45,400 nt of DNA from Selenomonadales bacterium (GTDB lineage: Bacteria; Bacillota; Negativicutes; RGIG982), in the NCBI GenBank assembly GCA_017442105.1, contig JAFSAX010000134.1, forward strand, positions 1 to 45,400, in the 5' to 3' direction. Positions 35,521 to 42,142 of this stretch are shown here, piece by piece. The translations under genes and the position numbers were made by a program. Every line of letters begins with the position of its first letter. Positions within the stretch are counted from its first letter, which is position 1. The notes beneath the pieces are model-generated. The model was not told the origin of the DNA and did no database searches. It saw only the letters and a program-made list of their open reading frames with translations.

Positions 35521-36159
35521 CTATTCCTCCGCTTCTATCGGCTGACCGTCTTTCAATTTATAGAACGTGTCAGCTTTGATTTTTTCTCCGTCCACCTTGA
35601 AGCACTGTACATCAACCAGATGCCAGTTATATTTCTCATCCTGCTTCTGCTCACCGAGAATGATCCAACAACCAAGTGCGCCTTTCGCTTTTGAATCATA
35701 TCCAATTGCCATTGCTACGCTTTCTTTGCCTGAAACACTAGCCGCCGACCAATAGCCTGTGTTGGTAGCCGCCGACCAATAGCCTGTGTTGGTAGCCGCC
35801 GACCAATCGCCTTCCTGCTTTTCTTCTTTGTCCGCATCAATATGCGATTTGACATATTCGATAGTTGCTTTTACGATACCGGGAATCCCGATCTCTGCAC
35901 CGATCGTCAGTTTGCTTACGCACACCTTCGTATCATTCTGCCCGCTGTTGTCCGCACATCCTTCGCCGACTACTTCCGTATATCTGCTGTCGGCAGGTGG
36001 ATAATAGTCGAATACATCAAGTGGATACTCGCAGAAGTGGAATCCGCTCTCACACGTTACCGCCTTGCCTTCATGCTCATATGTCTTGCCTACTTCGTAC
36101 TGGAATCCCCTGCATTGAAGATTCTTGTCATAGCCCTTGAACCCGTGAACCTTGCTCAT
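35521..36159 (-). CDS. Conserved-looking phage protein with an internal tandem peptide repeat
   Basis: 212 aa. N-terminus GFKGYDKNLQCRGFQYEVGKTYE...GFHFCEYPLDVFDYY. Central repeat is (W)SAATNTGY x2.6. Confidence 0.6.
   Translation of the reverse strand: MSKVHGFKGYDKNLQCRGFQYEVGKTYEHEGKAVTCESGFHFCEYPLDVFDYYPPADSRYTEVVGEGCADNSGQNDTKVCVSKLTIGAEIGIPGIVKATIEYVKSHIDADKEEKQEGDWSAATNTGYWSAATNTGYWSAASVSGKESVAMAIGYDSKAKGALGCWIILGEQKQDEKYNWHLVDVQCFKVDGEKIKADTFYKLKDGQPIEAEE
35739..35807. repeat. 27-bp tandem repeat x2.6 (coding)
   Basis: tagccgccgaccaatagcctgtgttgg at 35739-35765 and 35766-35792, with a partial copy to 35807. Confidence 0.95.
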
Positions 36160-36173
36160 GCCTTGCCTCCTGT

Positions 36174-36467
36174 TTAATAGATTCTTTCCATCTTCGCGGC
36201 GATACCGCCCTTGCGCGGTCTTGGGAGTGTACTGATCTCCTCCATTACCTCACGAAGCACTTCTTTTTTCTTCTTCGGTGCTACTGTCACCGTCTTGCGC
36301 GATTCAAGCCACGCTTCATAATCTTCCTCTCTGATGTAGCGGCGAGAGCCGACCTGTACACACGGCAAGCCATGTTTTGTTACCCACAGATAAACTTGAT
36401 TGTATGTAGCATTCACAGCCTTGGCAAACTCAGCCAGTGTAAGTAAGCCGTCTGTCAGCTTCGTCAT
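36174..36467 (-). CDS. xis: Excisionase-family (MerR-like HTH_17) DNA-binding protein
   Basis: LLTLAEFAKAVNATYNQVYLWVTKHGLPCVQVGSRRYIREEDYEAWL is the typical pattern. Confidence 0.65.
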   Translation of the reverse strand: MTKLTDGLLTLAEFAKAVNATYNQVYLWVTKHGLPCVQVGSRRYIREEDYEAWLESRKTVTVAPKKKKEVLREVMEEISTLPRPRKGGIAAKMERIY

Positions 36468-36508
36468 TGTTTGTACCTCCCAATATATTGTGTTTTTTAT
36501 TCCTCCTC

Positions 36509-36537
36509 TTGTTTTTTACCCCTATATATGGTATTAT
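36509..36537 (+). promoter_or_regulatory. Rightward promoter for the KTSC gene (extended -10)
   Basis: TTGTTT, a 17-nt spacer, TGg, then TATTAT. An AAAGGAGGTG RBS precedes the ATG at 36562. Confidence 0.5.
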
Positions 36538-36561
36538 CTCGGAACAAAAGGAGGTGAATAA

Positions 36562-36762
36562 ATGAATCTTGTATCTGTAACCTCATCCAATGTAAGAGCC
36601 ATTGGATACGAAAACGGTGTTATTGAAGTACATTTCCATAACGGCTATGTATATCAATACGTTGCTACCTGCGCCATGTTTAACGCATTTCTCTCGGCTT
36701 CATCAAAAGGGAAATTCGTACATCAGCATTTGAAGCATCTTCCGACGCGCCGCATCCGCTAA
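36562..36762 (+). CDS. KTSC-domain protein
   Basis: SSNVRAIGYENGVIEVHFHNGYVYQYVATCAMFNAFLSASSKGKF matches the KTSC pattern. It lies on the opposite strand within the early operon. Confidence 0.7.
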   Translation: MNLVSVTSSNVRAIGYENGVIEVHFHNGYVYQYVATCAMFNAFLSASSKGKFVHQHLKHLPTRRIR

Positions 36763-36898
36763 CAGGCACAACGACCTCGTCGGCAACAACCTTGTACTGC
36801 TCATCAGTAATGACGATCGTGTCATGTGGTGAGCAGTTCTTTTTCATATACTCAACTACAGGAACACACACACGATGCAGCTCTTTCAAATCCATCAT
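36680..36898 (-). CDS. Hypothetical protein (72 aa)
   Basis: GGAGGTG RBS. Its 3-prime 83 nt overlap the convergent KTSC gene. Confidence 0.45.
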   Translation of the reverse strand: MMDLKELHRVCVPVVEYMKKNCSPHDTIVITDEQYKVVADEVVVPVSGCGASEDASNADVRISLLMKPREMR

Positions 36899-37109
36899 TC
36901 ACACCTCCAAAAAATATCTCCCACGTTTCATCTCGCGTAAGCGGAATATGCTCCATCATTGCCTGTACTTCTCTCACGCGGAACGAACCGCCATCTTCAA
37001 GCCTGCGTGTAAACGTATCTCTGTTTATGCCGATTGCTTGGGCAACTTCGTAATACGTTTTGCTATGATACTTCAACTTTGCTTTCAGCAGCCGGATATC
37101 AACTGCCAT
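36852..37109 (-). CDS. HTH regulatory protein (XRE/DUF739-like)
   Basis: LLKAKLKYHSKTYYEVAQAIGINRDTFTRRLEDGGSFRVREVQAMMEHI. Confidence 0.6.
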   Translation of the reverse strand: MAVDIRLLKAKLKYHSKTYYEVAQAIGINRDTFTRRLEDGGSFRVREVQAMMEHIPLTRDETWEIFFGGVNDGFERAASCVCSCS

Positions 37110-37159
37110 GTTGCACCTCCTCTGCTCCCATGAAAGGAGCTTTTTGATTTGCCTCGATA

Positions 37160-37176
37160 AAACACGTTACGTGTTA
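37160..37176. promoter_or_regulatory. Operator-like palindrome O3
   Basis: AAACACG-TTA-CGTGTTA. The stop codon of the Cro-like gene sits in the centre. Confidence 0.5.
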
Positions 37177-37370
37177 TCGTTTGGTAAAAAAATAAGTTTT
37201 TCTTGCGGAACACCGTACAAGACTACCATTTTCTTTACCGTGTCAAGAGTAGGAGAAGTTTCTCCCATTTCGTAATTCCACAAGGTTTTTCTTGTGATCC
37301 CTAGTAGTTTCGCGGCTTCTTCCATGTTAAACCCTTTGTTTACTCTCGCCGCCCTAGCTGTAATTTTCAA
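37167..37370 (-). CDS. Cro-like XRE-family HTH protein (67 aa)
   Basis: TTG start at 37370 with a GGAGG RBS 6 nt upstream. NMEEAAKLLGITRKTLWNYEMGETSP is the HTH. The longer track ORF would cover the promoter. Confidence 0.7.
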   Translation of the reverse strand: MKITARAARVNKGFNMEEAAKLLGITRKTLWNYEMGETSPTLDTVKKMVVLYGVPQEKLIFLPNDNT

Positions 37371-37389
37371 AGGATACCTCCTTTCCGAG

Positions 37390-37406
37390 AAACACGAAAC
37401 GTGTTT
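37390..37406. promoter_or_regulatory. Operator palindrome O1
   Basis: AAACACG-AAA-CGTGTTT, lying between the leftward -10 and the cro RBS. Confidence 0.6.
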
Positions 37407-37419
37407 TTCATCTATCCAT

Positions 37420-37448
37420 AGAATACACCATAAAACCACCATTGTCAA
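37420..37448 (-). promoter_or_regulatory. Leftward early promoter (PR-like)
   Basis: Minus strand: TTGACA (37443-37448), a 17-nt spacer, then TATTCT (37420-37425). Confidence 0.65.
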
Positions 37449-37461
37449 CACTTTTTGTGTT
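37447..37461. promoter_or_regulatory. Operator palindrome O2, overlapping the leftward -35
   Basis: AACAC-TTTTT-GTGTT. Confidence 0.5.
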
Positions 37462-37478
37462 TTATTTTTTTGAGTTTG

Positions 37479-37507
37479 TTTACTTCTTTTCTCAAATGGT
37501 GTAAAAT
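37479..37507 (+). promoter_or_regulatory. Rightward repressor promoter (PRM-like)
   Basis: TTTACT, a 17-nt spacer, then TAAAAT. A GAGGTG RBS and the ATG at 37531 follow. Confidence 0.45.
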
Positions 37508-37530
37508 GCAAGTAAAGCGAGGTGTGATTG

Positions 37531-38106
37531 ATGCGCGTAGAAATAGACAAGAAAGTTGTTGGGAAAAACCTCACAAAACTAGTTAAAAACAGCGGAAAAA
37601 GCAGAAAAGAAATCTGTGCTGCAACTGGCATCGGCTACTCCACTTTTACCGAATGGATAAACGGTAGGAAGTACCCTCGTCCAGAAGGCATAGAGATATT
37701 AGCTAAATACTTCGGTGTGTCTAAAGCAGACCTTATCGAAGAACAGACCGCCGCTCCTGTTCTCCTCTCCCCTGCCGAGATTGGCAACACCATACGCGCT
37801 CAGCGAGAAGAAAAGGGACTCACATACGAACAGCTTGCCGAACAAACGGGCACTACAGTAGCTGTCATCAAGAAATGGGAGAAAGGCAAGATTGCCGAAC
37901 CTCGCATAGACATGGCATCAAACCTTGCACGTGCACTCGACCTGCCGACCTCTGCCCTCTTCGGTGTGCAAGAGAACGAAACGAACATACGCAGACAGAG
38001 ATTCCGAACCATGCTATACGAAGAACTCCCTGACCTGTGCTTGACCGATGACGAGATAAGACAAGTCATCAACTATATCAAGTTTGTTATATCGCAGAGA
38101 AAATAG
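37531..38106 (+). CDS. CI-like repressor with two XRE HTH domains and no S24 peptidase domain
   Basis: Two HTH units (GKSRKEICAATGIGYSTFTEW and KGLTYEQLAEQTGTTVAVIKKWEKG). Divergent from the Cro-like gene. Confidence 0.8.
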   Translation: MRVEIDKKVVGKNLTKLVKNSGKSRKEICAATGIGYSTFTEWINGRKYPRPEGIEILAKYFGVSKADLIEEQTAAPVLLSPAEIGNTIRAQREEKGLTYEQLAEQTGTTVAVIKKWEKGKIAEPRIDMASNLARALDLPTSALFGVQENETNIRRQRFRTMLYEELPDLCLTDDEIRQVINYIKFVISQRK

Positions 38107-38121
38107 AAAGAAGTTGATTGT

Positions 38122-38958
38122 ATGAAACATAAGATAACCTCATTACAGATAGCACAGCTATTCTTAATAGGATTTTTACTTATAATAACCACAGACCGAT
38201 TTTCCTCGGGTGTATATACTCTACTTAGAATACTGGCAACAATCATCTCGGTATGGTCTGCAATAAAAACAGATAACAACATCCTTAAACTTATCTTCGC
38301 ATTTATAGCGATACTATTTAACCCGATTATTCTCATCAAACTGGATAGAGATGAATGGCAGCTTATCAACCTAATTGTAGCTCTGTTCTATGCAGGAAAC
38401 ATTTTGTATCCTATCATCTCCAAATACAGAAAAACTCCAAAGATACCTTCAACGCCGCAAAGTGTTGTTAAAAGCGACATTGTTTGCAAAGCTCTTCAAC
38501 CCACTCAAGAAGTCAATGTAAGAACCACTCCAACAGAAGAAACTAAAACTCCTTCTACGGACATTCAGCCGAAACCACAGGAACATATAACTATTGGACA
38601 GCGCTTCTCAAAATTATTTCAAGGGCGCTTGGGTCGATTGACTTTCGCAATTCGCTTTATTTTTACGTTCATAGGAGCTATGTGTTGTGGTATCATCTAT
38701 AGCTCTATTTTCTCTACATACGTAAACCCCGATATGTTTTTTGTAGCCGTCTTTTGCCTTTTGGTTTTGTTGGCATTAATAGTTTATTGGTTTTCCATTG
38801 TCATTAGGAGATTACATGACATCAACGCTTCTGGTTTCTACTCAATTCCACTTATGGTAGTACAATCTTTGGGGATTATCGGTTTTGTAGGGATAATAGT
38901 ACTTGCTTGTTTCCCCGGTACAAAAGGGAGAAACAAATACGGAGAACAACCTAAATAA
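38122..38958 (+). CDS. Polytopic membrane protein: N-terminal multi-TM domain, P/T/Q linker, C-terminal DUF805-like domain
   Basis: GRLGRLTFAIRFIF...VIRRLHDINASGFY...PGTKGRNKYGEQP is a DUF805 hallmark. The gene is AT-rich and lies in the repressor operon. Confidence 0.7.
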   Translation: MKHKITSLQIAQLFLIGFLLIITTDRFSSGVYTLLRILATIISVWSAIKTDNNILKLIFAFIAILFNPIILIKLDRDEWQLINLIVALFYAGNILYPIISKYRKTPKIPSTPQSVVKSDIVCKALQPTQEVNVRTTPTEETKTPSTDIQPKPQEHITIGQRFSKLFQGRLGRLTFAIRFIFTFIGAMCCGIIYSSIFSTYVNPDMFFVAVFCLLVLLALIVYWFSIVIRRLHDINASGFYSIPLMVVQSLGIIGFVGIIVLACFPGTKGRNKYGEQPK

Positions 38959-39038
38959 AATCAAATCCGATAATTAGATACAAAATTTTTAAGATACATT
39001 TTTTCTTATCAAAACGAATTTAGAAAGAAGCTGAAACT

Positions 39039-39593
39039 ATGTTTTTCTTTAGAACAATGTACCAACTGTTTTGCTTTATTTTTTTTATTTTCCGAAAATC
39101 AGAATATGAAAAAGTGTCTTTTGATAATCTTGTTAAGTTTTTTGAAACTGAAATCACCGAAATATGTAATCAGACAGATATCCCCCAAAAAGAGGTAATA
39201 AGATATACGTTTCAACCTATGTGCAACCATATACAGATGATTCGTAACAAGCGACTAGGCACCGAAGCCCATGATCCCCTTTATGCTTTTCGTGAAATTG
39301 ATTTTTATTTTTGCTTTGCGGATATGTTGTCAAGTTACCATGACTACTGGCAAGATAGAGAATTTTATATCGAGATATTCAATGATCGCCATAAACTTCT
39401 CAAAGCCTTATGCGAGCGCGGATATGAAAAAGGATATTTTTCTAAATCTGCGGTGGAAAACTACCTGTCTTTATCAAGTAAGTTTAGCAAATGGAATATC
39501 CCCACTCGCGACAGCGACGCATTGAAAACAGCAGCATTGCTCATCTTTTTTCTCTATGTGCTTAAAGCAATTTTTTTGGGGGATTCTGAATAA
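39039..39593 (+). CDS. Hypothetical protein with hydrophobic N- and C-termini (184 aa)
   Basis: AT-rich ORF between the repressor and the integrase. No motif recognised. Start uncertain. Confidence 0.55.
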   Translation: MFFFRTMYQLFCFIFFIFRKSEYEKVSFDNLVKFFETEITEICNQTDIPQKEVIRYTFQPMCNHIQMIRNKRLGTEAHDPLYAFREIDFYFCFADMLSSYHDYWQDREFYIEIFNDRHKLLKALCERGYEKGYFSKSAVENYLSLSSKFSKWNIPTRDSDALKTAALLIFFLYVLKAIFLGDSE

Positions 39594-39599
39594 CACAAC

Positions 39600-39630
39600 A
39601 ACCGACTACCCTATCGTAGTCGGTTTTCTT
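39600..39630 (+). terminator. Intrinsic terminator between the morons and int
   Basis: 10-bp stem aaccgactac/gtagtcggtt, a 6-nt loop, then ttttctt. Confidence 0.75.
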
Positions 39631-39646
39631 GAAAGGAGAGAACCAT

Positions 39647-40810
39647 ATGCCGAGTAAGATACGCAAACGCGGTAACAGCTATCTGCTGACCGTCACGCAT
39701 GAGAAGAAAGAATATACTAAGACTGTCCGTGTATCCACTAAGAAAGAAGCGGAAAAGGCATGGGCACTCTTCGCTTCTGAGGTCATCAAAGACAGGCTGT
39801 CTGCACGTGCCGAGGGAGATATGACGCTCGATGACTTTTATGCGTACTGGACGAAACATTACGCGGAGATGAATCAAGCTATATCATCGCAGGGATTGAA
39901 CGAGCGCATATTCCAACGTATCAGCGGCGCACTCGGTCACATGAAGATATCGAAGATAAGACCGCGACACATTCTGTCTTTTGCCAAACAGCTTACTAAG
40001 CCTGATGCTTCAAATTACGGCAAGCCACTCTCTACCGCCTACATCAAGAAGCATATGTCCAATCTCCGCACAATGTTCTCCTGTGCTGTTCAGTGGGGAT
40101 TCATCGACAATAACCCGATGGATAATATCAGATCGCCCAAGGGAGTGACGAAGAAAAAGGTACTCCCAACCGAGGCAGAGCTTGCCGCTTTTTTCTCGGC
40201 AGCAGACAATGCTACCACAAAACATAAGCTGTGGATCGCGCTTGCCTTTACACTCGGATTACGCAGAGAAGAGATATTCGGCTTGCAATGGGGGGACATC
40301 GACTTTGACCGCCGATCGCTTACTGTAAACCGAGTAGCGGTCTATGTGTCGGGTCGCGGTATATTTGTTAAGGATGCCAAGACGGATAATTCTTACCGCA
40401 CGATACCGATAAACAATTTTGTCTTAAACCTGCTGTACGCATGGCGTGGCGAAGTGATCGCCGCAGAACAGAACGTGATAAGCATCAATGCACCGATAAG
40501 ACCTGTTGATTTCCTCTTTCCGAAGGCAGACGGCTCTGTGGGGCATCCTCACGCGATCAACACATTTATGAGTAGATTTTGCAAGAAGAACAATATCCCT
40601 ACTATCTCTCCTCACGATCTCAGACATATGTACGGAAGCTACCTCATTGCAGGCGGCGTGAATATCGCTACGATCAGTTCACTCCTTGGACACTCGGACA
40701 AGTCCTTTACGCTCAAGACATACATCCATGAATTGAAGTCCCTTGAATCTCATACGGCAGACATCATGGACAGCACGATGAGCCAGATGAAAAATATCAC
40801 AGGCAAATAA
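39647..40810 (+). CDS. int: Tyrosine integrase
   Basis: The ATG at 39647 follows AAAGGAGAG. The N-terminal SAM-like domain begins KIRKRGNSYLLTV. The catalytic region contains LRHMYGS, LLGHSD and TYIH. Confidence 0.9.
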   Translation: MPSKIRKRGNSYLLTVTHEKKEYTKTVRVSTKKEAEKAWALFASEVIKDRLSARAEGDMTLDDFYAYWTKHYAEMNQAISSQGLNERIFQRISGALGHMKISKIRPRHILSFAKQLTKPDASNYGKPLSTAYIKKHMSNLRTMFSCAVQWGFIDNNPMDNIRSPKGVTKKKVLPTEAELAAFFSAADNATTKHKLWIALAFTLGLRREEIFGLQWGDIDFDRRSLTVNRVAVYVSGRGIFVKDAKTDNSYRTIPINNFVLNLLYAWRGEVIAAEQNVISINAPIRPVDFLFPKADGSVGHPHAINTFMSRFCKKNNIPTISPHDLRHMYGSYLIAGGVNIATISSLLGHSDKSFTLKTYIHELKSLESHTADIMDSTMSQMKNITGK

Positions 40811-40812
40811 AA

Positions 40813-40849
40813 AAAGCACGTCTTTTTCGACGTGCTTTACTCTTTTTTT
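40813..40849. terminator. Bidirectional intrinsic terminator after int
   Basis: Stem aaagcacgtc/gacgtgcttt, with an A-run on the left and a T-run on the right. Confidence 0.8.
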
Positions 40850-40858
40850 GTAGAATTC

Positions 40859-40880
40859 GGGGACAAACACGGGGACAAAC
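40859..40880. repeat. Two direct GGGGACAAAC repeats (candidate integrase arm-type sites, left arm of attP)
   Basis: ggggacaaac-ac-ggggacaaac. Confidence 0.55.
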
Positions 40881-40936
40881 GCTATAGGTGCATTTCCCTT
40901 CGATGCCTGCGAACCCTTGATATTACTGGATTTGTT

Positions 40937-40981
40937 TGGTCGGAACGACAGGATTTGAACCTGCGACCTCTACCACCCCAA
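40937..40981 (-). other. attP core: the 3-prime 45 nt of a tRNA-Pro(GGG)-like gene, not a complete tRNA
   Basis: The reverse complement reads TTGGGGT-GGTAG-AGGTC-GCAGG-TTCAAAT-CCTGT-CGTTCCG-A-CCA. That covers the anticodon loop, the 3-prime anticodon stem, the variable loop, the T arm, the acceptor 3-prime strand and CCA. There is no complementary 5-prime half. Confidence 0.75.
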
Positions 40982-41089
40982 ATTAACTACAAAACACGCG
41001 AAATGTCCGTGAAGCCTTGATTTTACTAGCTTTTTTATTTTTATGTTTATTAAAATTTCCTCTGTTTTTACTTATTTTTTGTCATTTTT

Positions 41090-41118
41090 GGGGACAAGCA
41101 AAGGGACAATTTGTCCCC
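41090..41118. repeat. GGGGACAAG, GGGACAAT and inverted TTGTCCCC (candidate arm-type sites, right arm of attP)
   Basis: The same motif as at 40859-40880. 41103-41117 forms the palindrome GGGACAA-T-TTGTCCC. Confidence 0.55.
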
Positions 41119-41235
41119 TGTATAACAAAAGCAACACCACATTTCTGTGATGTCGCCTTCGTACACATTCATATTGATATAGGAGGTGTCTTGAACCTGT
41201 CCATAGTATACAAGATTTCTCATATACTTGCAAAT

Positions 41236-41694
41236 TTATTTTTTGACAAACGCTACCGCCATCCATTGTCTGAATAGTTTGCCTTCTACCATGTCTGGAT
41301 CTTCGAAGTAGAGTGCTTTTGCCATCTTTACATAGATGTCTGCACTTGTACCCATGCTTGCCGACAAGTCGGAGTACAACATATTCATCGCGTAGTAGAA
41401 GTCGCACTTATGCTCGATGCCGTGCGCGAGAGCCAGTTTGTCGGTATCGTCTTTCGTCCAATGACCACCGACGGTGCCGTCCACGTTGTGCATCTTGCCG
41501 ACAGCCATTTTCGCCGTATCTTCATCGAAGTGCATACCGTGGAGCAGGCAATGCAGTTTTGTGACCATTGCCCAATACGTTTCAGGACAATACTTCTTCA
41601 AATCTTCTGCCATCTCGCAGACAACGTGTTTTGCTTCTTTATACTTCTCTGGATGCTGTTCAAGCTTCTCCATGTACTTCTTTAATTCGTGCAT
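41236..41694 (-). CDS. Cargo protein E: 152-aa helical His/Met-rich protein of unknown function
   Basis: The ATG at 41694 shares one base with the D stop (TAATG). GAGGAGGG RBS. Sequence begins MHELKKYMEKLEQHPEKYKE and contains GKMHNVDGTVGGHWTKDDT. Confidence 0.65.
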   Translation of the reverse strand: MHELKKYMEKLEQHPEKYKEAKHVVCEMAEDLKKYCPETYWAMVTKLHCLLHGMHFDEDTAKMAVGKMHNVDGTVGGHWTKDDTDKLALAHGIEHKCDFYYAMNMLYSDLSASMGTSADIYVKMAKALYFEDPDMVEGKLFRQWMAVAFVKK

Positions 41695-42077
41695 TATGCG
41701 CCCTCCTCTGCCGTTCCTGCGGTCGTAGTAGGTGCAGGTATACCAACTATCGCACCGCAATTTTCAGCTCGCAGGAAGCCATTCCAGAGGACAAAACGAG
41801 CGGTGTCTGCCGCGACCTTCACGACATATCTGCATCTCGTCTTGACTTGGTTTGCATACACGTTATGACCGCATTTGCGAACGAGTGGGTACTGTGTAGC
41901 ATCCGTCCCGATCTGAATCACAACTGGCATCAGATTAGTCGCAGTCGCAGGAATGTCCTGTGCGATTCTGATAACGTATTGACAGCAGTTCTGGAAGGTC
42001 GCCTGCGGCAATGTCAGCACAAGCGTATCAGCCGTCACCGCGACAGCCGTGGTCAATATCTCTTTACAACAATTCAT
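41694..42077 (-). CDS. Cargo protein D: 127-aa beta-rich, Cys-studded protein starting MNCC
   Basis: AAGGAGG RBS. Cys residues occur at MNCC, QNCCQ, RKCGH, TRCRY and ENCG. Confidence 0.7.
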   Translation of the reverse strand: MNCCKEILTTAVAVTADTLVLTLPQATFQNCCQYVIRIAQDIPATATNLMPVVIQIGTDATQYPLVRKCGHNVYANQVKTRCRYVVKVAADTARFVLWNGFLRAENCGAIVGIPAPTTTAGTAEEGA

Positions 42078-42091
42078 GTCTATTCCTCCTT

Positions 42092-42120
42092 ATAAAAAGA
42101 GAGGCGTTACCGCCTCTCTC
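42092..42120 (-). terminator. Intrinsic terminator or attenuator between cargo genes C and D
   Basis: Minus RNA forms AGAGAGGCG-GUAA-CGCCUCUCU followed by UUUUAU, directly abutting the D RBS. Confidence 0.65.
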
Positions 42121-42142
42121 ATAGTCACGCCGAAGCGGAAAG

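Noticed and set aside
37167-37631. 154-aa version of the Cro-like ORF given in the ORF track
   Set aside because: The N-terminal extension would run through the divergent promoters and operators. A TTG with a GGAGG RBS at 37370 gives a normal 67-aa HTH protein.
40937-41010. A complete tRNA gene
   Set aside because: Only the 3-prime 45 nt fold as a tRNA. The sequence beyond the anticodon loop cannot pair with the anticodon or acceptor stems. It is called an attP core instead.
40832-41277. Plus-strand ORFs 40832-41020 and 41017-41277 across the attachment region
   Set aside because: They span the tRNA fragment and arm repeats, have no RBS and give low-complexity translations.
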